From assembly GCA_963772725.1 (NCBI GenBank), contig CAVYYI010000001.1, positions 1,120,001 to 1,184,000 of the forward strand: DNA of 64,000 bases. Reading direction: 5' to 3'. Below the pieces are notes generated by a model. The model made no database searches. It saw nothing but the letters and a program-made list of their open reading frames with translations, and was not told the origin of the DNA. Numbering within the stretch: position 1 is the stretch's first letter; the number at the start of each line of letters is the position of its first letter. This DNA is from an uncultured Phycisphaerales bacterium (lineage in GTDB: Bacteria > Planctomycetota > Phycisphaerae > Sedimentisphaerales > Anaerobacaceae). Position numbers and translations under genes: made by a program. Positions 50,700 through 62,115 of this stretch are shown piece after piece.

Positions 50700-52087
50700 A
50701 TGGTCGAGATGAAGGGAACAAGCTGGCAGCAGCGATATAAAGCGTCAGAAATTTTTACACTTCGGTTCAGGATAAAAGACGAGCCTGAGATATTCGCGGG
50801 ATTAATGACAGGTGTAGCACAGATGGGTGCAAACATAAGCGAAATAAAACTGGCAGGCATTGAAAAAGAATACAAAATTCAGGATATTACTTTTTATCTG
50901 AAAGATAAAAAACAGTTCGAAAAGCTGCTTACAACAGTAAATAATGTATCCGGAGTCGAGGTTGTCAACGTCAGCAATGATATTCTCGAAATGCATAGGC
51001 GAGGAGCGATTGAGATAGTCAGCAGAGTACCAATCAGAAGTTTAACAGACCTGCGAATACTATATACCCCCGGCGTGGCGATGGCGTGCCAGGAAATCGA
51101 AAAAGACCCAACTACAAAGTGGCAGTGGACAGGTCTTTGCGACAGGGTCGCGGTAATTACAAACGGAACGGCGGTTCTGGGACTCGGCGATATCGGAGTT
51201 GTGCCTTCGCTGCCGGTAATGGAGGGTAAAGCGGCCATCTTCGCGGAGTTTGCGCAGTATCGGCAGCTTTCCCATTCTCGTTGACACTAAGGACGTGGAC
51301 ACCTTCGTGGAAACAGTTGAGCATATCGCGCCGAGTTTCGGGGCGATTCAGCTTGAGGATGTAGCGGCTCCTGAATGTTTTGATATAGAGGACAAATTAA
51401 AGGCTCGAACTTAATATCCCCGTGATGCACGATGACCAGCACGGAACGGCGACGGTTGTGCTGGCTACATTGATAAACGCGATTAAAAAGACAAAAAGAA
51501 AGAAAGAAAAATGTTCAGTTCTGATGCTGGGCACCGGCGCAGCAGGTATTGCCATTACAAAAATACTGCTCGAATTCGGCATCGGCGATATTGTCGTTTA
51601 TGATTCGTTTGGGCCCATATATCGCGGCAGAACAGAAAAAATGAACCCGTACAAAACGGATTTGGCAAAGATTACAAATAAAAACAATGAAAAGGCTGGT
51701 TTGAAAGAAGGTTTCGCCGGCAAAGATATTTTCATCGGCGTTTCCCGTCCGAATATGGTCAATAAAGAGATGGTCGCGTCGATGGCAAAAGAGGCGATTG
51801 TGCTGCCTTTGAGTAATCCTGTCGGCGAGATAAGCAAGGAAGAGGCCGTCGAGGCGGGCGCGGCAATTACTGCGGATGGCAGAGATATAAATAACGCGAT
51901 TGCGTATCCGGGCTTGTTCAGAGGCGCACTCGATGCAAGGGCGACACAAATTACCCGCAGGATGCAGTTGGCCGCCGCCGCGAAGATAGCCGAACTTGCG
52001 CCGGCTGGAGCGTTGCTGCCTGATATGCTGGATAGAGAAGTACATAAGAGCGTAGCACAGGCGGTAGCCGGAGCCTGGCGGGGTTAG
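50700..52087 (+). CDS. NAD(P)-dependent malic enzyme with N-terminal ACT domain (two frameshifts, near 51260 and 51410)
   Basis: YTPGVA, TNGTAVLGLGDIG, PVMEGKA, IQLEDVAAPECF, HDDQHGTA, GTGAAG, LSNP, INNAIAYPG. Confidence 0.9.
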
Positions 52088-52099
52088 GAAACCGCAAGA

Positions 52100-52867
52100 T
52101 TATTGTATATCTTCATATTGCAAAGTGTTGGGATACACAATTGCGGAGAGTAGTGCCATATCATATAATCGCCATGACCATCGCGAATCGTAAGCGTTGG
52201 TTTCGAGCGGCTGTTCAAATGTAACTATCGGGATGCTGAGAGTTTCGCCCGCGTAGGCTCCGAGTGAGCCGGGGAATGTGCCATATTTACGCAGCGGCAG
52301 GAGTGAAAAGTCTGCGATTCGTCCGGCCAATTCCTGAGCCGGACCGTCATAATCAACCCAGCCAACGTCTGGATGCGAGGGCTGATGAAGGCTTATTATG
52401 CGGATGGGTTTATATTGTCGAATAAGATTGTCAATAATTTGTGTTTCCGGTTCAGAAAGAGGCGTAAGACCATATTCGGCGTTATTGGTGCGATTGACGG
52501 CTGGAAAATTGCGGTTAATATCTACACCGTTCGCATTGAAACGGGTATTCAACGCCACACCATCGGGATTAACGACAGGCACAAGCACGACTTTACGCCC
52601 TTCGAGAAAGCCCGGGTGTTCTCGCAGGTAATCGGCCATTTTATAAAGCAGCGGCGTGCCGGCCGGTTCATTACCGTGTATTGCCGCGATAAATAGAATC
52701 GCATCAGAACCAGTTCCAACAACATAATATTTTATCGGTCTGTTCTGAACGGATTTACCGGCAGTATAACAAGATAGAGGCGGTTTTGTCTGAAAAACCT
52801 GTAAAGGCCCAGCACAACCTGTCAGAAACAGGCCGCCGACAAACATTACTATAATTATTTTTTTCAT
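52100..52867 (-). CDS. M14 zinc peptidase, murein peptide amidase A-like lipoprotein
   Basis: LTGC lipobox; IHGNE, NPDG, RFNANGVDINRNFP, SEPET, ISLHQ. Confidence 0.85.
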   Translation of the reverse strand: MKKIIIVMFVGGLFLTGCAGPLQVFQTKPPLSCYTAGKSVQNRPIKYYVVGTGSDAILFIAAIHGNEPAGTPLLYKMADYLREHPGFLEGRKVVLVPVVNPDGVALNTRFNANGVDINRNFPAVNRTNNAEYGLTPLSEPETQIIDNLIRQYKPIRIISLHQPSHPDVGWVDYDGPAQELAGRIADFSLLPLRKYGTFPGSLGAYAGETLSIPIVTFEQPLETNAYDSRWSWRLYDMALLSAIVYPNTLQYEDIQ

Positions 52868-53024
52868 AATCGTCTCACGGCAAACCAGAAAAGAGCATTG
52901 TAGAATTTCGCTCGAACGGGTGCAAGACAAAAGTCAAGTGATTTTACATATAGCACATATAAGCGTTTGATGCTGACTTTTTCTGCTATATCCCAAAACC
53001 CTCATAATGGAAATATTATAATTT

Positions 53025-54062
53025 TTATAGTCCAGGAAATTTATTCAGGCTAAACAGCGTTTTGTGGAGAATCGCCTTCCCTGGAAGCACTACAAAATAC
53101 CGTCGAATATACAGAAGATATGCCAGAACAACAATAAACCAGAAAATAAAAAGCCAGATCATAATAGAGCCAGATGCCGTACTATACTGCTTCATCATCT
53201 CCATCTGCTGTTTGGGTAAATTCATCTTTTCATAAAAGTCCAGCATACTCACACGCGAAAATGTAATAATTGTAGATAGAAGCCAGAAAATATTCACCAG
53301 AAGAACGCACCACCACGCTTTTATATCGAGTTTGTACATACCCCACGTAATATAAGCCAAAACCAGAATCCAAAATAATGCTACGATTGCTCCAGGTACC
53401 CCACTAATAATAGTTCCAAAAAATGGAAGAGTCCACCTCTGTCCCCAAAGAAAGAGCAGAGAAACTGCCCAGAATACGCAAACCATACTCATAGCGAGAA
53501 CTGGCAAGGGGCATTTGTCTGTCCAGCGGACATGAGGGTCCCTATACTCACATGTCGCCTTTACATTTCTCCCTTTATAGCAAAGAACAAACAAAGCCGG
53601 AATGATAACGTAAATCACCGCCATAAACGCCAACATAACAAACTTCATAATTACGGCCGCGTTTTCAGAAATTTTGCCGCTCTGCCCCATCTGCTCGTAG
53701 ATATTAGGTAAAAACTTAAGCATAAAAACAAAAGCACCCGTCCCACCGATAAGCCAGAACCATGAGGCAATCAATATAAGCGCCCTTGCCCACCGTCGAG
53801 TCATTATCGAACCAATTCCCATCCAGATAAACCAAACCGCCATCAGCAAATAAAGCAGCATTCCCGGAATCATCATTCTAACGTTGACCTTCTCCGCAGC
53901 ATCCTGCCCCGCCGCAGCCGATGCTATCATGCCCAACATCATAAGAGGCGCTATTAAAGCGCAAAAGCCGCCGAAGATTATTTGAAGAACTCCCAATACG
54001 ACAAGTCTTACTTTTGTGTCCTTAAAATCTGTACTTTGTGCTGATTCTGCATACTCTGCCAT
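53025..54062 (-). CDS. Hypothetical multi-pass membrane protein
   Basis: 345 aa, about 8 TM segments. Confidence 0.8.
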   Translation of the reverse strand: MAEYAESAQSTDFKDTKVRLVVLGVLQIIFGGFCALIAPLMMLGMIASAAAGQDAAEKVNVRMMIPGMLLYLLMAVWFIWMGIGSIMTRRWARALILIASWFWLIGGTGAFVFMLKFLPNIYEQMGQSGKISENAAVIMKFVMLAFMAVIYVIIPALFVLCYKGRNVKATCEYRDPHVRWTDKCPLPVLAMSMVCVFWAVSLLFLWGQRWTLPFFGTIISGVPGAIVALFWILVLAYITWGMYKLDIKAWWCVLLVNIFWLLSTIITFSRVSMLDFYEKMNLPKQQMEMMKQYSTASGSIMIWLFIFWFIVVLAYLLYIRRYFVVLPGKAILHKTLFSLNKFPGL

Positions 54063-54142
54063 TTTTCATTTCTCCCAATTTCAAAAATCTGTTTAACCAA
54101 TATTTTTTATTTTCAACCACAATAGCGTTATTAGCAAGTGAA

Positions 54143-54174
54143 ATCCTTTATGATCCTTTATGATCCTTTATGAT
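54143..54174. repeat. Perfect 10-bp tandem repeat (atcctttatg)x3
   Basis: Read directly; intergenic, upstream of the 53025-54062 gene. Confidence 0.9.
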
Positions 54175-54179
54175 TCACT

Positions 54180-54219
54180 AAAAAAAACCGGGCAAAATGA
54201 CATGCCCGGCCTTTGTTTT
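54180..54219 (-). terminator. Rho-independent terminator (possibly bidirectional)
   Basis: A-run, ccgggca...tgcccgg hairpin, downstream of the anti-sigma gene. Confidence 0.7.
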
Positions 54220-54238
54220 ATTGCGACATTGTTTTGTT

Positions 54239-55705
54239 CTATTTAGGCAACTGGGCCTCGAGTTCAGTCAATTTCTCCACGGAGACATTTTCCGCGGTCA
54301 AATTTCCATACATTACACGGTACTGGCCATCGGAAATCTTCCAACGAAGAAGAACAGCATTGGGTTCGTTGGCTGTAACTCTATCGCCGTAATATGCGGC
54401 GTCTTTATCAGTTTTTACCAACTCAGCATAAAACGTGCAGGCTCCCATAACAACTGAATATTTTTCCATTGCTTTTTTCATTGTTTGTTCCATCAACTGC
54501 TCTTTTTCCTCTTTAGTCAGCTTATTATTCGGGTCGTTACGATTGGAACGATTTTTTGCTCCTATAGCCTTCATAACATCTTTCATAATATCCATTGTCG
54601 CTAAACGGCGAGGGTATTTGCCTCCTGTTATTTCCGCATAAACCTGCAATCCCTTGACGGCACTTCCTTCATCGTTGCCTGGCATTTGCATTTCTGCCAT
54701 TAATTTATAGTCCGGAGGTATATTCGGCTCAAATGTTTCCGGAGCAATCTCCACACCCCACTGAAAATTATCCATCACCATCAACATATTTGTCGGTGAG
54801 CCATCATTAGAATCCTGCACCGGCATCTGCATTTCCATTTCAATTCGCACCGGAAACTGGTTTACAATATCCACCCATGCACGCCATGTACAATTCTCGA
54901 ATTGTCCGCCGAAAACCTTCGGGTCAGTGGTTTCAATGCCTTCTACTTCGACACCATCAATTACACTGCGTCCCAATTCAGTGTATTTGCCCGATGTGTA
55001 CAGTTTAAACATTTCCCTCGGATCACTTCCCTGCAGACGCATCTTCATAAGCTGCTCATCTGTCAACCGCATTTTTATATATTGTTTCCCCTGCGGTATC
55101 AAAGAAAGCATTACTTTCTGTGATGGAATGGTATATTGCATCATACTTATATTTCCATCCACATAAGTATCCGCGCGATATCCATACTCGGAAGATACAT
55201 ACATTTCCTGCTCCATCTCCTGAACCTTATCGCCCAGTTTACCACCGGATATTTTCGAATGACCACGGAAAATACACGTCTTGATATTTCCGACACGTTC
55301 GGCTACCTGAGACCAGGCTACACTTGTCATATCGATTGAACCTCCAAAATGATGTACGCCAATAACTACCGCTATGATTATAATCGCGGCAGCGGCTAAT
55401 TTTGTAATTTTGCTTTTCATAATTGTTCTCCAAATTAAGGTTAAAGTTAATTGTTTTTCAGCAGGAGTAAATTTTATTGAGTCTATGACCTTTTTTTCCA
55501 GCCGGCTAAGAACAGGACGCATCGCATCAGCGAAATCGTTCAGCAGTTTATCGTCGGCCTGCAACTGCCGCAGGTACACGGCGCAGGCGGGACACTGGCT
55601 TATATGACGCTCAATGGCAAGTTTATTTTCAGCGGTCAACTGCCCTTCTATAAGTTCCGAAATTTGTTCTTGAATATTTTCGCAAATCTTTTCCATTACA
55701 GGCAT
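54239..55705 (-). CDS. Anti-sigma factor (zf-HC2, TM, LolA-like extracytoplasmic domain)
   Basis: HISQCPAC, WRTIMKSKITKLAAAA TM segment, FEPNIP. Confidence 0.85.
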   Translation of the reverse strand: MPVMEKICENIQEQISELIEGQLTAENKLAIERHISQCPACAVYLRQLQADDKLLNDFADAMRPVLSRLEKKVIDSIKFTPAEKQLTLTLIWRTIMKSKITKLAAAAIIIIAVVIGVHHFGGSIDMTSVAWSQVAERVGNIKTCIFRGHSKISGGKLGDKVQEMEQEMYVSSEYGYRADTYVDGNISMMQYTIPSQKVMLSLIPQGKQYIKMRLTDEQLMKMRLQGSDPREMFKLYTSGKYTELGRSVIDGVEVEGIETTDPKVFGGQFENCTWRAWVDIVNQFPVRIEMEMQMPVQDSNDGSPTNMLMVMDNFQWGVEIAPETFEPNIPPDYKLMAEMQMPGNDEGSAVKGLQVYAEITGGKYPRRLATMDIMKDVMKAIGAKNRSNRNDPNNKLTKEEKEQLMEQTMKKAMEKYSVVMGACTFYAELVKTDKDAAYYGDRVTANEPNAVLLRWKISDGQYRVMYGNLTAENVSVEKLTELEAQLPK

Positions 55706-56220
55706 CCTTCAGCGGCCAATAACTTACGCAATTCTTTTCTTGCCCGGCTCATCCGTGCGTGTACGGCGGATTGGTTCAGGTCGAGCGTTTCACCAATGGT
55801 CTGTGTGCTTTTGCCGTCAAAATAATAAAGCAGCAAAATAAGTCTGCAATCTTCCGGAAGTTTCTCCAGGGCCGATTCGAGTTCGTAATAATCCTGTGTG
55901 CTGCTGATATCCTCATTGCAATGCTCAGCAAGAATATTTTCACCGCATTTTTGTCTCCGGATAAAATCCACACACAAATTTTTCGCAATACGGCTAATCC
56001 ATTGCCCAAACAGGCCTTTATCTTTGAGCTGCTTTATATCCGTAAGACCTTTAAGCATAGTCTGCTGAGCGAGGTCTTCAGCATCATGCCGATTACCGAG
56101 CATACCAAGACAAATCGCAAAAATCCGGCTGGAATGCATCCTGACAAGGTCCGTATATGCCAACCTGTCTTCGTCGCGGCAAAGTTCAACAGGTTTTTTT
56201 TCTAAATCTGCCTTCAACAT
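55696..56220 (-). CDS. ECF RNA polymerase sigma factor
   Basis: DAEDLAQQT, WISRIAKNLCVD, region 4 IGETLDL...VHARMSRAR. Confidence 0.93.
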   Translation of the reverse strand: MLKADLEKKPVELCRDEDRLAYTDLVRMHSSRIFAICLGMLGNRHDAEDLAQQTMLKGLTDIKQLKDKGLFGQWISRIAKNLCVDFIRRQKCGENILAEHCNEDISSTQDYYELESALEKLPEDCRLILLLYYFDGKSTQTIGETLDLNQSAVHARMSRARKELRKLLAAEGCL

Positions 56221-56460
56221 AAGCTCCTGTTCTATAATAAAGACGAACAACAGGACGAAAAGCTGACAAAAAAATTTTACAAATTTTGAAATAATTATAC
56301 CTTTTGATTTCTCTGAGCATATACAAAAACCACACGTATAGAAAGCAAAGAATAGGCAACCTTTGAATTTTTTAGAAGTTTTGTATTTTTGCTTTCTTTT
56401 TTTCGCATTAATCGTATATTATGGCGGCAGTAAGAATAACCCAAAAAATACATAGATAAA

Positions 56461-58905
56461 ATGGCAAGTAACCTGAAAAATCTTATATTAGCGTGCGACG
56501 GCTGGCAAATCGCGGTTGCCGGTGATACTTCTTCGGAACTGGAGAATTTATTGAACAACAAAAAAGGTTCATCGAAGGAAGGTGACCATGAAATAAAATT
56601 GCCGGGAGTGATAGGCATACTGCCGATTCGCAACGCGGTTGTATATCCCGGCACGGTATCGCCGCTGGCCATAGGGCGAGAACGAAGCAAGATACTGCTC
56701 GAAGATACCAAGCCTAATGAAACCGTAATAGGGCTTGTTACACAGCATAAACCCGAAAATGAGGAGCCGGGTTTTGACGATATTTACACAGTGGGAACAG
56801 CGGCGTCCGTGCTTAAAGTCATCAAAATGCCGCAAGGCTCGATTCATATCATAGTCCACGGCATAGCGCGCTTTAAGATTATAAAAAGGATTGAGACCAA
56901 GCCTTATCTTAAGGCCGGTATCGAGATGCTGCGGGTAAGATATACGATGAGCAAAAAACTCCAGGCGCTGATGGTAAGTGTGCGGCAGACGGCTAATCGC
57001 GTAATAGCCCTAAGTCCCAATGTCCCCGAAGAGGCTTCGGTGCTGCTGGAAAATATCGAGAACCCCTCGGCACTGGCGGATTTCCTGGCGGCAAATCTTA
57101 ATATCGATATACCTAAGAAACAGCAGCTCCTCGAGGAACTGGACGCCGAAAAGCGGTTGGGGGATATATCGTTAGCGCTGGCCAATCAGCTTGAGGTTCT
57201 CGAAATGAGCCATAAAATTCAGGGCCGCGTGCGGGAATCGATAAACAAAAATCAGCGCGAATATTTTCTGCAGGAGCAGTTAAAGGCCATTCAGGATGAG
57301 CTTGGCCAGGAAGACCGCAGAAGTGAAGAACTCGCACATCTCGAGAAAAATATCAAGAACGCAAAGATGCCCCAAAAAGTTGAGCAAGAGACACTTCGCG
57401 AACTTGAGCGGCTGAGCAAGATACCGCCCGCCTCACCGGAATACAGCGTGATAAGGTCTTACCTGGACTGGATTTGTGAACTGCCATGGTCGGTAGAGAC
57501 CGTTGACCAGCTCGATATAAATAAAGCCGAACAGATACTGAACAAAGACCATTATGACCTGCAAAAAGTCAAGAAACGCATTCTCGAATTTCTCGCGGTT
57601 CGAAAGCTGAATCCCAAAGGCAAAAGCCCTATATTGTGTTTTGTCGGGCCGCCGGGTGTTGGCAAAACATCGCTTGGCAAATCCATCGCACGGGCAATGG
57701 GGAGAAAATTTGTCCGCATATCGCTGGGCGGAATCAGGGATGAGGCTGATATCCGCGGACATCGCAGAACATATATTGGTGCCCTGCCGGGCAGAATCCT
57801 GCAGGAACTGAGAAAATGTAAAAGCAAAAACCCTGTTTTTATGCTCGATGAACTCGACAAAATCGGCGCCGACTTTCGCGGCGACCCCGCAAGCGCACTA
57901 CTGGAAGTGCTGGACCCTGAACAGAATTTTAGTTTTACCGACCATTATCTCGACCAGCCTTTTAGTCTTTCAAATGTGATGTTCATTGGGACAGCGAACT
58001 ATATGGAACCAGTTCCTCCTGCGCTGCGTGACAGGATGGAAATTATAGGATTGCCGGGTTATACCGAAATAGAAAAGCTTAATATAGCTAAAAAATATCT
58101 TGTTCGGCGACAGCTCTCGGAAAACGGCCTAACCAAAAAGAGCCTGAATATAAAACCCGACGCGATACAGACGATAATCAAGGGCTACACCCGCGAGGCG
58201 GGGGTGAGAAATCTCGAAAGAGATATAGCGGCAGTATGCAGAGCCGTAGCGACCGAAATCGCCAAAGGGAAGAAAAGCAGCAGAACAATCGGCAAATATG
58301 ACCTGGCAAAAATACTCGGCCCTGTGCAATTCGAGTCGGAACTTGCGCTGCGGACAGGAATGCCGGGCGTGGCAACAGGCCTTGCGTACACTCCGTCAGG
58401 CGGAGAATTACTGTTTATCGAATCAGCTTCTATGCCGGGCAAAGGACAACTGCAACTGACCGGACAAATTGGCGATGTGATGCAGGAAAGCGCAAAGGCA
58501 GCGTTTTCCGTACTAAAGGCAAACACAAAGAAGTTGAACATATCGCCGGCGTTATTCAGTAAAACGGATTACCATATCCACGTACCTGCTGGCGCGATAC
58601 CCAAGGACGGCCCGAGCGCCGGTGTCGCGATGTTCACCTCATTAGTCTCGCTGGTTACGGGAAAACCTGTTCGGCCTGATGTCGCAATGACAGGTGAGAT
58701 AACACTCCGCGGTTTAGTGCTGCCGATTGGCGGTTTAAAGGAAAAAATCCTCGCCGCAAAGGAAGCGGGCATAAAAACCATTATTTTGCCTTACAGAAAT
58801 AAAAAGGATTTGTCCGAGGTACCGCCGGAAGCCAAAAAAAACCTGACCTTCAAATTCGTAAAAAACACCGACGAAGCTCTAAAAATAGCGTTGAACGCTG
58901 ATTAA
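56461..58905 (+). CDS. lon: Lon protease
   Basis: [37 protein letters not shown]; the true start may be TTG at 56551 after GGAG. Confidence 0.98.
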   Translation: MASNLKNLILACDGWQIAVAGDTSSELENLLNNKKGSSKEGDHEIKLPGVIGILPIRNAVVYPGTVSPLAIGRERSKILLEDTKPNETVIGLVTQHKPENEEPGFDDIYTVGTAASVLKVIKMPQGSIHIIVHGIARFKIIKRIETKPYLKAGIEMLRVRYTMSKKLQALMVSVRQTANRVIALSPNVPEEASVLLENIENPSALADFLAANLNIDIPKKQQLLEELDAEKRLGDISLALANQLEVLEMSHKIQGRVRESINKNQREYFLQEQLKAIQDELGQEDRRSEELAHLEKNIKNAKMPQKVEQETLRELERLSKIPPASPEYSVIRSYLDWICELPWSVETVDQLDINKAEQILNKDHYDLQKVKKRILEFLAVRKLNPKGKSPILCFVGPPGVGKTSLGKSIARAMGRKFVRISLGGIRDEADIRGHRRTYIGALPGRILQELRKCKSKNPVFMLDELDKIGADFRGDPASALLEVLDPEQNFSFTDHYLDQPFSLSNVMFIGTANYMEPVPPALRDRMEIIGLPGYTEIEKLNIAKKYLVRRQLSENGLTKKSLNIKPDAIQTIIKGYTREAGVRNLERDIAAVCRAVATEIAKGKKSSRTIGKYDLAKILGPVQFESELALRTGMPGVATGLAYTPSGGELLFIESASMPGKGQLQLTGQIGDVMQESAKAAFSVLKANTKKLNISPALFSKTDYHIHVPAGAIPKDGPSAGVAMFTSLVSLVTGKPVRPDVAMTGEITLRGLVLPIGGLKEKILAAKEAGIKTIILPYRNKKDLSEVPPEAKKNLTFKFVKNTDEALKIALNAD

Positions 58906-58939
58906 AAAGGTTGAATCGAACATAAAGATTATAAATAGC

Positions 58940-59932
58940 CTATGGCAGAACTTCAACTATTGATTCGCCGCCCATCAGCATATTATACACCAATACCACA
59001 TCGCCATTATGCAGCCGAATGCAGCCACGCGATTTTGCTGAACCTATTTCATTAGCGTCCTTTGTGCCGTGAATGGCAAAACCCGTTCTGTCTTTAGCCT
59101 CGCCTTGCAGTCCCTCAAGCCCTATCCATCTTGAACCCAGCGGATAATCCGGACTTTCCGGTTCGTATCTTTTACCCGTATCAGGGTCTGTCCACGGGGG
59201 TGAAATCAACTTGCCGTCGCTCCTGGCACGCCAGATGCCGGTCGGCGTATCTCTGCCCTCTTTACCAAGCCCCACAGGGAAACTCCGCACAAAAGTGCCG
59301 TTAAGATACACGTCCATTATAAATTTTGACCGATATACTTTTATGTTAAACGAGCCGTTAACCACCTTTAACCGTTCGTCTGCCCGTATAGCATTTACAC
59401 TTGGAAGTCTGTTTATATCCCTGAGCAATTCCGCAGGCACCTTAAACTGCCTGCCGATCGCCGCAAGCACATCGCCCGGCAAAACCTTATATACCCCGCA
59501 AAGTTTGTCATCCGGAAAAATATTTTTACTGAACAGCCACTCATCGGCAAGTTTCGACATCTGCTCTTTCACAAATATTCGCTGCTGTTCATCCAAAGAC
59601 ATCGACAGAACAGCATTAAGCATGTCACGTGCTTCTATTATTCTTGCCGGATTTGCGTTAACGGCCTCCATAGCTTTTGCGATAAGAGCGGATGCCTGTG
59701 AATTGGAATCAGAAACAGGCTTAGCGGCTGCAGGCGGCAATGGTGCCTTGACCGCATTATCAGGTTTTGTGTTTGCGTCAGCAGCGATTTCTCTTGTTTG
59801 ACCTGTTTTTGCTCTGAATGGATTATAAAAAATAAAAGTTATTACCACTGCGAATATCAGTATAGTTAAAATGCCGTATATCAACATCTTTGTATTTCGC
59901 CTGTCACCAAAATCTGACGGATAACGAGCCAT
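58940..59932 (-). CDS. LysM / L,D-transpeptidase (YkuD) protein
   Basis: YKVLPGDVLAAI LysM; AIHGT...SRGCIRL. Confidence 0.92.
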   Translation of the reverse strand: MARYPSDFGDRRNTKMLIYGILTILIFAVVITFIFYNPFRAKTGQTREIAADANTKPDNAVKAPLPPAAAKPVSDSNSQASALIAKAMEAVNANPARIIEARDMLNAVLSMSLDEQQRIFVKEQMSKLADEWLFSKNIFPDDKLCGVYKVLPGDVLAAIGRQFKVPAELLRDINRLPSVNAIRADERLKVVNGSFNIKVYRSKFIMDVYLNGTFVRSFPVGLGKEGRDTPTGIWRARSDGKLISPPWTDPDTGKRYEPESPDYPLGSRWIGLEGLQGEAKDRTGFAIHGTKDANEIGSAKSRGCIRLHNGDVVLVYNMLMGGESIVEVLP

Positions 59933-59933
59933 T

Positions 59934-60536
59934 TTATTCTCCTTGTTTTTTATTAAAATATATTACGCTTTCATCGGTAACCAAAAAATCCATTGGCTCA
60001 TCATATTGGGCCGCCGGCACCGAGTCAACCAATTGCTCCGCAAAGGCAAAACCGCATCTGCGAGCCTTAAGTTCCTTATTGGCGAAAAACCTGTCATAAT
60101 ATGATGCCCCCCTGCCCAGTCGATTACCTTCCCTGTCAAACGCCAAACCAGGCGCAACAACCAAATCTATTTCCGCATAAGGTATTGGTTCTCCCTCCAA
60201 AGGATTTCGCACTCCCGCCGATTCCATCGAAAAACCGGTCTCCAGGGTATTTATCTTCACCGGTATCATATGCCTCTGCTGCCACGAAATCTTTGGAACT
60301 GCAACGGTTTTTCCCATCTGCCAGGCTGCAAGTATCGCCTCGGAGGTATCTACTTCACGCGAAGTGGACAGGAACATCATTATTACAGACGCCTCCTGAA
60401 ATTCCTTTGTGGCTATGAGATTCTGGCAGGCTTTCCTGCTTTTTTCTGTACGCGTTTTTTCGGCCATAGAAACCAGCGTACGCTGTATAGCCTTACGCAA
60501 CTGCTCTTTATCAGATTTTAATTGTGTATCCTGCAT
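59934..60536 (-). CDS. 5-formyltetrahydrofolate cyclo-ligase
   Basis: KEQLRK, VAPGLAFDREGNRLGRGASYYDRF. Confidence 0.95.
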   Translation of the reverse strand: MQDTQLKSDKEQLRKAIQRTLVSMAEKTRTEKSRKACQNLIATKEFQEASVIMMFLSTSREVDTSEAILAAWQMGKTVAVPKISWQQRHMIPVKINTLETGFSMESAGVRNPLEGEPIPYAEIDLVVAPGLAFDREGNRLGRGASYYDRFFANKELKARRCGFAFAEQLVDSVPAAQYDEPMDFLVTDESVIYFNKKQGE

Positions 60537-60550
60537 TTCTTTACTCGCTT

Positions 60551-61907
60551 TTATATTTTATGCTGTTTTATCAATGTTTCAAGTTTTTGTAAATAAATCC
60601 TTATATTTTTTTCAAAACCCGCATCTTTAGGCTCATAATATTTTTTCTTTGCCGCCGCAGGCAGATATTCTTGCGGAACAAATCCGTCCTTGAAATTATG
60701 CGGATATTTATAATCCGCACCGAAACCGGCCTTTTTCGCGGCAGCATAATGGCTGTCCTTGAGATGCTTAGGTACTGCCACCGTCACCTGCGATTTCACG
60801 TCGCTAACCGCCTGCCATATCGCGCTGCCGCAGCGTTGGATTTCGGGCACAGGCGATATAAATAGCCGCCTGAGCAAGCGGCAACTGCGCCTCAGGCAAG
60901 CCTATAAATTCCGATATTTGCACTGCCGCCGCTGCAAGAACCGTGGCCATTGGGTCAGCGTTTCCAACATCTTCAGCCGCACAAACGGCGATGCGTCTGG
61001 CGATAAAACGCGGTTCTTCACCGCCAGCAATCATCCTTGCAAGCCAGTAAACCGCCGCGTCAGGGTCGCTGCCTCGCATACTCTTCTGAAATGCGCTGGC
61101 CAAATCATAATGCGTATCGCCGGTCCCATTATAATTAATCGACTTTTGCTGTATCGATTCCTTAGCAACTTCAAGGTCAAAATTGATTTTTTTCCCGTTT
61201 TCCCTCACGGCCTGTGACAAAACCCCAACCTCAAGCGCCGTTAACGCCCTTCTCGCGTCGCCATCGCACATAACCGCCAGAAGTTTCAACGCTTTTTCGT
61301 CAGCCTCGATGTCCAGCCTGCCAAGTCCTCGCTCTTTATCTGTTAAGGCTGTTCGCAACAGTTGCAAAATGTCATCTTCAGTAAGCGGCTCAAAACAAAA
61401 AACCGTGCTGCGTGAAATTAACGGCGAATTTACCGAAAAATACGGATTCTCTGTGGTCGCACCTATCAATATCAGTATCCCCGCCTCAACATCGTCAAGC
61501 AGCACATCCTGCTGCGCACGGTTAAAACGATGAATTTCATCTATGAAAAGCACTGTCCTTTTCCCGCTGCCAGCAAGAGCGTCTTTTGCCGCCCTGATTA
61601 TTTCGCGAATATCGCTGACAGATGCTGCCGGTGCACTGAGATAGCGAAATTCAGCTTTGGTATGATTCGCTATAACACGGGCCAGTGAAGTCTTGCCCAC
61701 GCCTGGCGGACCGTAAAATATCAAACTGCTCAGCCTGTCCGCTTCAAGCATCCTCCTAAGCAATTTATCTTCTCCGATGAAGTGTTTCTGACCAGCGAAT
61801 TCTTCAAGCTTTCGAGGCCTCATTCTCACAGCCAAAGGTGCCGCTGAATCTATATTAGCTTTTTCAGATTTACTGAAAAGTGTCGTATTGCCCTTGTTCT
61901 CGTGCAT
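60551..61907 (-). CDS. rarA: Replication-associated recombination protein A (frameshifted near 60830-60845)
   Basis: [47 protein letters not shown], then VPKHLKD...YKYPH. Confidence 0.93.
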
Positions 61908-62042
61908 GGCTTACTATTATACCCTCAAAAGGCAATTCTGTCGAAAAATATATTTTTGCTTTTTCTAAAAATACCAATATTTTACAGTTCAATACCCCTA
62001 TCCTTTCTGCCAAAAAATCGAGCAGATTTCAATAGGATTTTC

Positions 62043-62071
62043 TTGACATTTTCTCGTTAGCTCTTTATAAG
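62043..62071 (+). promoter_or_regulatory. Putative sigma70 promoter for trpB2
   Basis: TTGACA-17-TATAAG. Confidence 0.6.
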
Positions 62072-62115
62072 TAACGTTTTTAGTAACCTACAAGGCAAGT
62101 TTTATTGGAGAATTA

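Noticed and set aside
60536..60551. 6S RNA expected upstream of the 5-FCL gene
   Set aside because: Only 14 nt separate rarA and 5-FCL; no room
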